Shown: positions 36,123 to 45,362, counted from the first letter of the stretch. The stretch: 64,000 nucleotides of DNA from an uncultured Gemmatimonadales bacterium (GCA_963705985.1 CAVPLK010000004.1:200173-264172); one strand, 5' to 3'. Program-made: numbers and translations. Notes: generated by a model from the letters alone, not told the origin.

Positions 36123-37016
36123 ATGACCACGCCTCCCGCCGCCGATCCCGGCACCGTGCTCCGCGACGCCACCGCCGCGATGCGCCAGGGCGACCTGCCC
36201 GGCGCCGCCGCGCTGGCGGCGGCGGCCGAAGCGCGCTTCCGCGCGCGGGGGGACGCGGACGGCCGGATGCGTTCCGAAAACCTGCTCGGCGCGGTCGCCT
36301 GGGAAACCGGACACGTCGGGGACGCGGAGCGGTATTTCGGGGCGGCGCTGGAGCTCGCTCACACGCTCGACGACAGCCTGATGACGGCCCGCGCCTCGAA
36401 CAACCTCGCCTCCGTGGCGCACCTGACCGGCCGCCCTGACCTCGCGTTGAGTCTCTACCGGACCGCCCTGCTTTCCTATCAGCGGCTCGGCGATCGGCGT
36501 GGCATGGCGGAGACGTCGCACAATCTCGGCATCGCCTTCCGGCAGCTAGGGCAGTGGACCGATGCGGAACGGGCCGCGGAGGAAGCTGTGCGGCATGCCG
36601 AGCAGCTCGGCGACGCCGCCCTCCGCGGCCTGGCCCTGGTGGGATTGGCCGAACTGCACCTGGAGCTGAAGGCGTGGCCGCTGGCCGAGCGCGAAATCGA
36701 GCGCGCCGCCACCCTCGCCGCCGAAGGCGATGACCCCGTCGGCGTCGTGGAGGCGCGTCGGCTGCGGGCGGCGCTGCACCTGGGGCTTGGCCACGCGGTC
36801 GCTGCACTCGACGAGGCGGAGCGAGCGCGCGCGGAGGCCCGAGATCTTGGAACCGCCCTGCTGGAGGCGGAGTGCACCACCGTGGCCGCCCGCGCGGCGC
36901 GAGTCCTCGAACGCCACGAACTGGCCGAGTCGTTGCGGGCCGAGGCCGAGGCGGGGCTGACAGGGCTCGGCGCCGCCGGACTGCTCGACCAGCTCACAAA
37001 CGAGTGGGGCGCCTGA
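36123..37016 (+). CDS. TPR-repeat protein
   Basis: Repeated about 40-aa units of the type A..NLA.V....G....AL.LY..AL..Y..LGD..G.A....NLG.A. 297 aa. Confidence 0.75.
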   Translation: MTTPPAADPGTVLRDATAAMRQGDLPGAAALAAAAEARFRARGDADGRMRSENLLGAVAWETGHVGDAERYFGAALELAHTLDDSLMTARASNNLASVAHLTGRPDLALSLYRTALLSYQRLGDRRGMAETSHNLGIAFRQLGQWTDAERAAEEAVRHAEQLGDAALRGLALVGLAELHLELKAWPLAEREIERAATLAAEGDDPVGVVEARRLRAALHLGLGHAVAALDEAERARAEARDLGTALLEAECTTVAARAARVLERHELAESLRAEAEAGLTGLGAAGLLDQLTNEWGA

Positions 37017-37030
37017 TCGGCGCCCCGTTT
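37006..37030. terminator. GC hairpin between convergent genes (bidirectional terminator candidate)
   Basis: GGGGCGCC-tgatc-GGCGCCCC then GTTTCG. It overlaps the TPR stop codon and lies 12 nt from the EF-G paralog stop. Confidence 0.5.
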
Positions 37031-37041
37031 CGTCCGGCAGG

Positions 37042-39081
37042 TCAGTGCCCCTGCTCCTCCTTGTGCTCGTCTGCCACCCGGGTCGCCACGTCCGGCGGCG
37101 CCTCCACATATCCGTGGAAACTATGGCGGAAGGTACCGCGCCCGTGGGTGATCGAATACAGGGTCGTGGTGTACCGATAGAGCTCCGACTCCGGCACCAC
37201 GGCCTGCACCTTGGTCAGCCGACCATCGACTGCCGTCCCCAGAATTTGCCCGCGGCGTGCGCTCAGGTCGCCCATGACGTCGCCGAGCACATCGTCCGGT
37301 GTCCACACCTCCAGGTCGGCCAGCGGCTCGAGGAGCACCGGCCGGGCGTTTGGCGCCACGGTGCGGAACGCCAGGATGCCAGCCATCTTGAACGACATCT
37401 CGTTCGAATCCACATCGTGATACGACCCGTCGTAACACTCCACCTTGAAGTCCACCACCGGGTACCCGGCGACCACGCCCCGCTCCGCCGATTCCTGGAT
37501 GCCCCGATCCACGGCCGGGATGTACTTGTTCGGGATGACCCCGCCGACGATCTTGTCCACGAACTCGTAGCCTGAGCCGCGCACCTTCGGCGCGATGCGA
37601 ATCTTGCAGTCGCCATACTGGCCGCGGCCGCCGCTCTGCTTCTTGTGCTTCCCCTGCCCTTCGGCCTTCCCCTTGAACGTCTCGCGGTAGGCGATCCGCG
37701 GCCTCGCCAGGTCGGCGTGCACGCCGTACTTCTGCGTGAGGCGCCCGAGCAGGATCTCGAAGTGCCGCTCGCCCATGCCGTGGATCAGCGTCTGGCGCAG
37801 TTCGGAGTTGTACTCGAAGTGGAAGGTCGGATCCTCCTCGTGCAGCTTGTGGAGCCCGGCGGCGAGCTTGTCTTCCTCACCGCGCTGCTTGACCACCACG
37901 GCGGCCGAGGCCACCGCCTCGGGAAACGGAATCGGTGCGAGCCGGACCGGCGCGTCCCGGAGGCAGAAGGTGTCACCGGTATGGGTGTCGCGCAGCTTGG
38001 CGACCGAGCCGATATCGCCGGCGTGCAGTTCGCTCACTTCGGTGCGCTCCCGGCCCTGTTGTACCGAGAGGTGGTTCAGCTTCTCGCCCACCTCGTGGTC
38101 GGCGTTCCAGACGTCGGCACCGCTCTTCAGCGAGCCCGCATAGAGCCGGAACAGGGTGACATCGCCCACGTGCGGCTCGGACGTGGTCTTGAAGACCCGG
38201 CCGAGGAGCGGGGCGTCCACCGGGGGGGTGATCTCGGCAGCCGAGGGGAAAAGTTCGACCATCTTGGTGAGCAGCGCCCGCATGCCGAAGGTGAGCTGCG
38301 CGCTGCCGACGAAGAGCGGCACGATCGTGCCGGCAAGCACCGCCTTCTTGAGCGCCGCGATCACCTCGCTCAGCGGGAACGCTTCGCCGCTGAGATAGCG
38401 CTCGATCAGCGCGTCGTCGGTGGCCGCCACCGTCTCGATCAGCAGGTCGGTGTATTTCTTGACCACGGCCTGATAGGCCGCGGGGACGTCGACCTCTTCG
38501 TACTCTCCGGACTTGGTCCCGGCGGTGTAGAGGTGCGCCTTGCCGGAAAAGAGGTTCACGATGCCGCCGAACTGGGAGCCGCCTCCGATCGGGATTTCGA
38601 CCGGCAGGACCTTGGGCGTCAGGTGCACCTTGATGTCGGCAAACACCCGCTCGAAATCGGCGTTGTCCTTGTCCATCTGGCCCACGAAAAGCAGCCGCGG
38701 CAGATGCAGCTGATCGCAGACTTCCCAGACTTTTTCCGTCCCGACCTCGACGCCGCTCATGCCGCTCACCACCACGACCGCCGCGTCCGCGGCGTGCAGC
38801 GCGGTGATCGCCTCCCCGAAGAAGTCGAGATAGCCGGGGGTATCGAGCAGGTTGAGCTTGGTGTCCATCCACTCGGCATAGGCCAGGCCCAGGCTGATCG
38901 AGTGCTGGCGGGAGATTTCGTCGGGAGTGTAGTCGGTGAGGGTCGTGCCGTCCTTGATGTTCCCGTGGCGCCGGCTGGCACCAGACACAAAGGCGAGAGC
39001 GTCAACCAGGGTGGTCTTGCCGCTCCCGCCGTGGCCGACAAACGCCACGTTGCGGATCGCGTCCGAACCATAGACACGCAT
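37042..39081 (-). CDS. Elongation factor G paralog (EF-G-like GTPase) with a non-canonical G4 motif
   Basis: AAGGAGG RBS 8 nt before ATG 39081. G1 GHGGSGKTT, G3 DTPG, and domains II-V (…HVGDVTLFRLYAGSL…, …GMGERHFEILLGRL…, …SNEMSFKMAG…). G4 reads GQMD (ggc cag atg gac, 38671-38682) instead of NKxD. Confidence 0.9.
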   Translation of the reverse strand: MRVYGSDAIRNVAFVGHGGSGKTTLVDALAFVSGASRRHGNIKDGTTLTDYTPDEISRQHSISLGLAYAEWMDTKLNLLDTPGYLDFFGEAITALHAADAAVVVVSGMSGVEVGTEKVWEVCDQLHLPRLLFVGQMDKDNADFERVFADIKVHLTPKVLPVEIPIGGGSQFGGIVNLFSGKAHLYTAGTKSGEYEEVDVPAAYQAVVKKYTDLLIETVAATDDALIERYLSGEAFPLSEVIAALKKAVLAGTIVPLFVGSAQLTFGMRALLTKMVELFPSAAEITPPVDAPLLGRVFKTTSEPHVGDVTLFRLYAGSLKSGADVWNADHEVGEKLNHLSVQQGRERTEVSELHAGDIGSVAKLRDTHTGDTFCLRDAPVRLAPIPFPEAVASAAVVVKQRGEEDKLAAGLHKLHEEDPTFHFEYNSELRQTLIHGMGERHFEILLGRLTQKYGVHADLARPRIAYRETFKGKAEGQGKHKKQSGGRGQYGDCKIRIAPKVRGSGYEFVDKIVGGVIPNKYIPAVDRGIQESAERGVVAGYPVVDFKVECYDGSYHDVDSNEMSFKMAGILAFRTVAPNARPVLLEPLADLEVWTPDDVLGDVMGDLSARRGQILGTAVDGRLTKVQAVVPESELYRYTTTLYSITHGRGTFRHSFHGYVEAPPDVATRVADEHKEEQGH

Positions 39082-39336
39082 GGTCTGCACCTCCTTGAAT
39101 CAGTGTACAGGGATAGTGCGGCGCAGGAGGCGTGTTGTCAAATGGACCCTCCGGCGGACTTCGGATGAGCGAATGGAGAGCTGTGAAGCGAGTGTGAAGG
39201 AGAGAGGAAGGAGAAGGAGGACCGAGGGCCGCTGCCCATTCATTGCATGTCATCCCGTGGGCCGCCCGCCTCCATCCCGGCCGTGAAAACCCCCTCCCCG
39301 CTTCCCCGCCTCTCCACATTCCGCTAGCCTTCCACG

Positions 39337-40914
39337 ATGCCGTTCCCCACGCCCAAACGACTGCGCCGGCTGCTCTCCCCGGGCGCCCTGACGGCCCTCG
39401 CGATGCTCAGCGGGTGGGCAGGCGTGTACCTCGTCTGGCGACAGAGCCTCGTTGGGCTGGCGCTGGCGGTGGTGACGACCGCCCTCGCGTGGGCCGGCTA
39501 CCGCCGGGGCCGGACGCTGGCTCGCCGCCAGGCGCGGTCACTCCGCGACGCCCTCTCGGCGGCCGCCGCACGCAACCGGGAGCTGGAACGGCTCCGGCAG
39601 CTGGCCGCCAGCCTCCTCGCCGGACGGAGCCTCGAGAGCATCCTCACCGAGGTGACCCAGGCGGCGGCGGACCTGCTCGAAAGCGAGGCCGCGCTCGTCG
39701 CCCTCGTCGTCGAGGAAGGCCGGTTTCTCCGCATTGCCGCGGGCTCTGGCCCGCTTGCCCCGGTCATCGGGCAATTGCTCCCGGTGGACCACTCGCTTTC
39801 CGGCTGGGTCGTGGTGAATGACCAGTCGCTCCTGAGCGAGAACATGGACGCCGACCCGCGGAGCTTTCGGCCGGAGGGCACCCCGGCATCGCTCCGGAGC
39901 GCCGCGCTGGTCCCGCTTCGCTCGGCGGGACTCGTGATCGGGACGCTGAGCGTCCACAACCGCCGCGACGGCCGTCAGTACGATGACGACGCGCTCCAGC
40001 TGCTCCAGACCCTCGGCGACCAGGTGGTCGTGGCGCTCGACCGTACCAACGTGCTCGAGGAAAGCCGCCGGAACGAACATGCGCTCGCCGTCAAGAACCA
40101 GGAGCTGGTGCGCGCCACCCAACTCAAGAGCCAGTTTCTCGCCAACATGTCCCACGAGCTCCGCACTCCGCTCAACGCCATCAACGGATTCTCCGACCTC
40201 CTGCTGACGGAGGCGGTCGGACCGGTCAACCCCGAACAGCGGGAGTTTCTCGATGCGGTGCTGCGCAATGGCCAGCACCTGCTCGAGATGATCAACAGCG
40301 TCCTCGACCTTTCCAAGATCGAGGCGGGGGCGATGAGCCTGCAGCTCGCGCCGACGGATCTCCGGGAGGCCGTCACCGCCGCGGTCGCCGACACCGCCAG
40401 CCTCCGCACGGTCCGGCGCCAGACCTGCACCGTGGAGCTCGACGACGAGGCGCTGGTCGCCGTGACCGACGAGCTGCGGGTCAAGCAGGTGCTGATCAAC
40501 CTGCTCTCCAACGCCTCCAAGTTCACCCCGGAGGGAGGACAGATCCGTCTCGCGGTCGTCCGCACCCGTGCGCCGCTCCCGATTTCTTCGGGCATCGAGG
40601 GCGAGGGGGCACGACTCCTCTCCCGCGACGCCATCTGGGTCTCGGTCAGCGACACCGGCATCGGATTCCGGCCTGAGGACGCGGCCCGGCTTTTCCTCGA
40701 GTTCAGCCAGGTCGACAGCTCCGCCAGCCGGCAGCAGCAGGGCACCGGACTCGGCCTGGCGCTGAGCAAACGCTTCGTGGAATTGCACGGGGGCACCATC
40801 GGGGCGGAGTCGATTTTCGGTCGGGGGAGCACCTTCTGGTTCATTCTCCCGGTGGACGGCCCCCTCCCCGTCCAGGCCCCGACCGCCTTGCCCCACGCCG
40901 GCAAAGGCGTCTGA
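39337..40914 (+). CDS. Membrane-anchored GAF-domain sensor histidine kinase
   Basis: Two N-terminal TM segments, a GAF-like region, HisKA FLANMSHELRTPLNAI, and HATPase N/G boxes (LINLLSNASKF, DTGIGF, GTGLGLALSK). No response regulator is adjacent. Confidence 0.9.
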   Translation: MPFPTPKRLRRLLSPGALTALAMLSGWAGVYLVWRQSLVGLALAVVTTALAWAGYRRGRTLARRQARSLRDALSAAAARNRELERLRQLAASLLAGRSLESILTEVTQAAADLLESEAALVALVVEEGRFLRIAAGSGPLAPVIGQLLPVDHSLSGWVVVNDQSLLSENMDADPRSFRPEGTPASLRSAALVPLRSAGLVIGTLSVHNRRDGRQYDDDALQLLQTLGDQVVVALDRTNVLEESRRNEHALAVKNQELVRATQLKSQFLANMSHELRTPLNAINGFSDLLLTEAVGPVNPEQREFLDAVLRNGQHLLEMINSVLDLSKIEAGAMSLQLAPTDLREAVTAAVADTASLRTVRRQTCTVELDDEALVAVTDELRVKQVLINLLSNASKFTPEGGQIRLAVVRTRAPLPISSGIEGEGARLLSRDAIWVSVSDTGIGFRPEDAARLFLEFSQVDSSASRQQQGTGLGLALSKRFVELHGGTIGAESIFGRGSTFWFILPVDGPLPVQAPTALPHAGKGV

Positions 40915-41546
40915 TGCGTCCTTTGATCATCGGCGTCGCCGGCGGATCCGGCTCGGGCAAGACGACCGTCGCCATGGCCATTCACGCCCGGCTTGGTGTG
41001 GACGCCGTCTTCCTCGACCAGGACGCCTACTACGCCGACCTCGGGCACCTGCCGCTCGAAGAGCGGGTCCGGACCAACTTCGACCACCCCGACGCCCTCG
41101 ACACCGACCTGATGGTCGAGCATCTCGAGGCGCTCGCGGCCGGACAGGCAATCGACAAACCCACCTACGACTTTGCCCAGCACACCCGGGCCGCCACGAC
41201 CGTGCGGCTGGAACCGCGGGATGTCATCCTGGTGGACGGCATCCTCATCTTTGCCGACGCGCGGCTCCGGAGGCTCTTCGATGTGAAGGTGTTCGTGGAC
41301 GTGGCCGACGACCTGCGCTTCATCCGCCGGATGCAGCGGGATGTCTCGGAGCGCGGGCGCTCGGTGGAATCGATCGTCACCCAGTATCTGGGCACGGTCC
41401 GCCCGATGCACCTGGAGTTCGTGGAACCCTCCAAGCGGTATGCCGACATCATCGTGCCCGAAGGCGGCCGGAACACCATCGCCATCCAGATGCTCGAGGC
41501 CCGGGTAGCGGCGGAAATCGTGCGCCGCCGGGCCCCACAGCGGTAG
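40914..41546 (+). CDS. udk: uridine kinase
   Basis: IIGVAGGSGSGKTTVA...NFDHPDALD...YDF..H.R...V.....DVILVDGILIF...DVKVFVD...RFIRRMQRDV.ERGR. The ATG overlaps the kinase stop by 1 nt (TGATG). Confidence 0.95.
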   Translation: MRPLIIGVAGGSGSGKTTVAMAIHARLGVDAVFLDQDAYYADLGHLPLEERVRTNFDHPDALDTDLMVEHLEALAAGQAIDKPTYDFAQHTRAATTVRLEPRDVILVDGILIFADARLRRLFDVKVFVDVADDLRFIRRMQRDVSERGRSVESIVTQYLGTVRPMHLEFVEPSKRYADIIVPEGGRNTIAIQMLEARVAAEIVRRRAPQR

Positions 41547-41628
41547 CATCCCCAGATTTTACCCCAGCGCGCGGTGGGGGTATCTTTGGGGCTGTCCCTT
41601 AATTGTCACCCCCCACGGAGATTGTCCC

Positions 41629-42096
41629 ATGCGTCGCTCTACTTCGCTGCTTGCCCTCGCCGCCCTGCTGGCCCTGCCGGCCGCGGCCTCCGCACAGGCC
41701 GCAACCGATATCGCGGTCACCCGCCAGCAGATCCAGGCCGACCGCCAGGCCATCGTCGCGGAAAACCTGCCGCTGACCGACGCCCAGGCCACCGCCTTCT
41801 GGCCGCTGTACCAGCAGTACCGTACGGAAGTCGGCAAGATCATGGACCAGCGCATCAACGCGATCATGACCCCCACGGCTGGCGACACGGCCACCGACAA
41901 GGAGCTCGAGAACTTCCTCACCACATGGGTTAAGGCAGGCGAGGACTACGCCAAGCTCCAGAGTGCGTGGATCAAGAAGTTCCAGCCCGTCCTCGGCACC
42001 ACAGGCACCATTCGGTTCTACCAGATCGAATTCCGCCTCGACCTGATCGTCCAGGCGTCGCTGGCCTCGGCAATCCCGCTCGTGCCGGTGAAGTAA
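41629..42096 (+). CDS. Secreted protein, unknown function
   Basis: Signal peptide MRRSTSLLALAALLALPAAASAQ and a helical body with FWPLYQQYRTEV. GGAG RBS. No family is recognised. Confidence 0.6.
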   Translation: MRRSTSLLALAALLALPAAASAQAATDIAVTRQQIQADRQAIVAENLPLTDAQATAFWPLYQQYRTEVGKIMDQRINAIMTPTAGDTATDKELENFLTTWVKAGEDYAKLQSAWIKKFQPVLGTTGTIRFYQIEFRLDLIVQASLASAIPLVPVK

Positions 42097-42140
42097 CCCT
42101 GCGCGCGTCACACGAACCGCCCCGGCGTGGCCTCCTGGCC

Positions 42141-44408
42141 ATGGCCGGGGCGGTTTGCATCCTGACCCTCGGCGCCTGCGAGCCCGACACGGCGCCAAGG
42201 GCCGAGTTCGTCGGCCGTGCTGCCTGCGCCTCCTGCCACCAGGCTCAGGACTCGAACTGGCAGACTTCGCACCACGCGCAGGCCATGGCCGTGGCCGACA
42301 GCACCACCGTCCTCGGCAACTTCGAGAACGCCACCTACACGTACAACGGTCTCACCTCCCGCTTCTTCCGCCGGGATGGGACGTACTGGGTCAACACCGA
42401 GGGTCCCGACGGCGCGCTGGTCGACTATCCGATCAGCTACACGTTCGGCGTCTACCCCCTGCAGCAGTACCTCATCGCCTTCCCACGCGGGCGCTACCAG
42501 GCGCTCGGCATCGCGTGGGACACGCGCACCGCCGCCGAAGGGGGCCAGCGCTGGTACCATCTGTATCCCAGTGAACAGGTGGACCACCGCGACGTGCTCC
42601 ACTGGACCGGCGTGCTCCAGAACTGGAACTTCATGTGCGCCCAGTGCCACTCGACCAACCTGCAGAAGGGGTACAGCGAGGCGGCAGACAGTTATGCCAC
42701 GACCTGGTCGGAAATCGACGTCTCGTGCGAGGCGTGCCACGGCCCGGGCAGCACGCACGTGGCGCTCGCCGAGCGCCGGAAGGGGAAGTCCAGCCCCTGG
42801 AGCGGGCAGAGCGGGCTGACCGTTGCGTTCCGCGACAGCGCGGCGACGAGCTGGACGATGGACACCGTCACCGGCATCGCCCAGCGCGGCGGAGCCCGAC
42901 CCAATCGCATGGAAGTCGAAACCTGCGGGCTTTGTCACGCGCGTCGGGGGCAGGTCTGGCCGGATTCCGCAGCAGGCCAGATGCTGGCGCAGACGCAGCG
43001 GGTGGCGCTGCTCGAAGACGGTCTCTACTACGCCGACGGCCAGCAGCTGGACGAGGTGTACGAGTACGGCTCGTTCCTGCAGAGCAAGATGTACCGCGCC
43101 GGCGTGACCTGCAGCGATTGCCACGATGCGCACCGGAGCACTACCAGGGCGACGGGGAATGCCGTCTGTGCCACATGCCACCTCTTGTCGCGCTACGATA
43201 CCACGGCGCACACCCACCATGCGACCGGCACCGCCGGCGCAGGATGCGTCGATTGCCATATGACGCCGCGGAACTACATGGTCGTGGACGCCAGGCGCGA
43301 CCACGGAATGAAGATCCCCCGTCCCAACCTCACGCCGGTAACCGGGGCGCCGAACGCCTGCACCGCATGCCACGCGGACAAGTCCGCGGCATGGGCCGCC
43401 ACCGCCGCCGCCGCGTGGTATGGGGCCCCCGACAGCACACCGATGCCCACGGCAGTTGCCATCGCCGCCGCGTGGTCGCAGACGCCCGGTGCCGGGGAGG
43501 CGCTGGTCGCGATGTCGCGGGACTCCGCTCAGCCCGGGATCGTCCGGGCCACTGCCATCTCCCTGATGGCCGGGAATCCGTCCCGCTACGCCCTGAGCGC
43601 CATCCAGATGGCGCTGAGTGCGCGCGACCCCATCGTCCGTCGTACGGCCGCCGAGCAACTCGAGTTGTTCGAGCCGACGATGCGCGAGCGGATGGCGCTC
43701 CCGCTCCTCGACGACACCGTGCGCACGGTCCGGCTCGCGGCGCTCCCCGCCCTGGCCGGCCTGCCGGATTCCGGCTGGTCTTCCGCGCAGCGCGCCTCGT
43801 TCGCGCGGGTCCTCGCGGAGTACCGCGCCTCGCAGCACTTCAACGCCGACCGCCCCGAGTCCTGGGCCAACCTCGGCAACCTCGAGCGACGTCTGGGCAA
43901 CCCGACCGAGGCGGTGGCCGACTATCGCCACGCGCTCCGCCTCGCCGCGCAGTTTGTGCCGGCCTACTTGCAGCTCGCCGAGGTGTACCGCACCTCCGGA
44001 CAGGACGCGACGGCCGATTCGGTCCTCCGGGCCGGCCTCGACCGGGTCCCGGGCACGACCGACCTGCAGTACCAGCTGGGCCTGACGCTGATCCGGCAGC
44101 GACGCATGGCCGACGCACTGTCGTACCTCAAGGCAGCGGCCGCCTCCGGCGTGGCGCACTACGGCTACGTGTATGGCGTGGCGCTGTACGAGGCCGGACA
44201 GGCGGGACCCGCTATTGCGGAGTTTCAGAAGGCGCTCGTCTCGGCGCCCGACGATCAGGAACTGCTCTATGGGCTGGCGTCGATCGCCGCCTCGGCCGGG
44301 AAGCCTCAGGTCGCGCTGCCGGCGGCGCGCCGGCTGGCGGCGCTGAATCCTGGCAACCAGGAGATCGACCAACTCGTCAGCCGCCTCGAAGCCGCCGGCG
44401 GGCGGTAG
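42141..44408 (+). CDS. Octaheme c-type cytochrome lipoprotein fused to C-terminal TPR repeats
   Basis: Eight CxxCH motifs (CASCH, CAQCH, CEACH, CGLCH, CSDCH, CATCH, CVDCH, CTACH). Lipobox LTLGAC. The C-terminal third is TPR-like. The start is uncertain (ATG 42141 chosen). Confidence 0.85.
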   Translation: MAGAVCILTLGACEPDTAPRAEFVGRAACASCHQAQDSNWQTSHHAQAMAVADSTTVLGNFENATYTYNGLTSRFFRRDGTYWVNTEGPDGALVDYPISYTFGVYPLQQYLIAFPRGRYQALGIAWDTRTAAEGGQRWYHLYPSEQVDHRDVLHWTGVLQNWNFMCAQCHSTNLQKGYSEAADSYATTWSEIDVSCEACHGPGSTHVALAERRKGKSSPWSGQSGLTVAFRDSAATSWTMDTVTGIAQRGGARPNRMEVETCGLCHARRGQVWPDSAAGQMLAQTQRVALLEDGLYYADGQQLDEVYEYGSFLQSKMYRAGVTCSDCHDAHRSTTRATGNAVCATCHLLSRYDTTAHTHHATGTAGAGCVDCHMTPRNYMVVDARRDHGMKIPRPNLTPVTGAPNACTACHADKSAAWAATAAAAWYGAPDSTPMPTAVAIAAAWSQTPGAGEALVAMSRDSAQPGIVRATAISLMAGNPSRYALSAIQMALSARDPIVRRTAAEQLELFEPTMRERMALPLLDDTVRTVRLAALPALAGLPDSGWSSAQRASFARVLAEYRASQHFNADRPESWANLGNLERRLGNPTEAVADYRHALRLAAQFVPAYLQLAEVYRTSGQDATADSVLRAGLDRVPGTTDLQYQLGLTLIRQRRMADALSYLKAAAASGVAHYGYVYGVALYEAGQAGPAIAEFQKALVSAPDDQELLYGLASIAASAGKPQVALPAARRLAALNPGNQEIDQLVSRLEAAGGR

Positions 44409-44422
44409 GCTGGCCCCTGGCG

Positions 44423-45220
44423 TCAGGGTGGGGGCGGGACCGCCGCCGGCCGCGCAGGCGGATTCCACGGGGCAGCGAGGTAGGCGATCGCGGCCGGACG
44501 GTCGGGCAGGAATCCCTGATAGTCCCGTTCGAGGTCGAAGGTCTCAGGGTTGTGGGGACGCTCGGTGACCAGCGCATCGTGCAGGCACCACTTTGCCCCA
44601 GGCTGGCAGCCGGAGCGTGACGCATTCACGGCCAGAACGCCGCCGGCCGCAGCGTACCGGGTCCCCAGCGCAATCATCGTGGCCGCGTTGGCCGACCGGG
44701 TGCCTGTGGTGCTGTCTTCGGCATAGACGAAATAGGCCCGGCGCAGGGAGTCGATGATCGCCGTGGTCAGGCCCGACTCCCCGCCGTCGAGATCGTAGTA
44801 AACGACTCGCCGAAGCAGCCCCGCTCCCCCCGGACCCATCTGCCCCAGCTCCGCGAGGAGTTCGTGGGCCACAAAGCTCCCGCTCGAGTGCGCCGCCACG
44901 ATCACGAGACCGCGCGGCCGGGTCAGCAGGTGGGCGGCAAGTGCCGAATTGCTGATTTCCCGGCCGGCGTAGTCCACGGTCGCGGGGCCGCGGACCGCGC
45001 AGAGATACCGGATTCCCCGCCTGGCCAGCGCGGCACGGTACACCTCCTCGACCCAGGCACGGGCCCACGTCTCCCTGACGCCCCAGCCGCCATACGCGAC
45101 GAACGTCCCGTACACGCCGGTCCGCCCGGTATCCCGGCAGGAGATGCCGGCGCCCACCGTGATCCAGCCCGGACGCGCCGTCGAGAGCGCAAGACCCAGT
45201 ACGACCAACGTCCCCATCAT
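44423..45220 (-). CDS. Secreted alpha/beta-hydrolase-like protein, unknown function
   Basis: AAGGAG RBS. Signal-like MMGTLVVLGLALSTA. IVAAHSSGSF resembles a nucleophile elbow (A-H-S-S-G). The assignment is weak. Confidence 0.45.
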   Translation of the reverse strand: MMGTLVVLGLALSTARPGWITVGAGISCRDTGRTGVYGTFVAYGGWGVRETWARAWVEEVYRAALARRGIRYLCAVRGPATVDYAGREISNSALAAHLLTRPRGLVIVAAHSSGSFVAHELLAELGQMGPGGAGLLRRVVYYDLDGGESGLTTAIIDSLRRAYFVYAEDSTTGTRSANAATMIALGTRYAAAGGVLAVNASRSGCQPGAKWCLHDALVTERPHNPETFDLERDYQGFLPDRPAAIAYLAAPWNPPARPAAVPPPP

Positions 45221-45362
45221 TCCCCGGACACTCTCCTTGCTTTCGTGCTTGACGGCGCTCTGGCGGAGGGCCACTTTCCCCTGTTCGCAGGCCCACTCGT
45301 CGCCCCCACGAAACGTAACCGTCCCGGCGGTGGCGAATCGGACTCTACCCGAGGAAGCACTC

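Noticed and set aside
39196-39316. Purine-rich (gaaggagagaggaaggagaaggagga) and C-rich (ccccctccccgcttccccgcc) tracts in the EF-G/kinase divergent region as another copy of the 8.8-kb GAAGCGGG element.
   Set aside because: The octamer content (ttccccgc) is similar but the arrangement differs, and there are only about two units. The match is too weak to call a family member.
41547-41628. Hairpin TACCCCA-gcgcgcg-GTGGGGGTA after udk as a terminator.
   Set aside because: The stem is imperfect with one extra G, and the T tract is very short. It is not strong enough to list as a feature.
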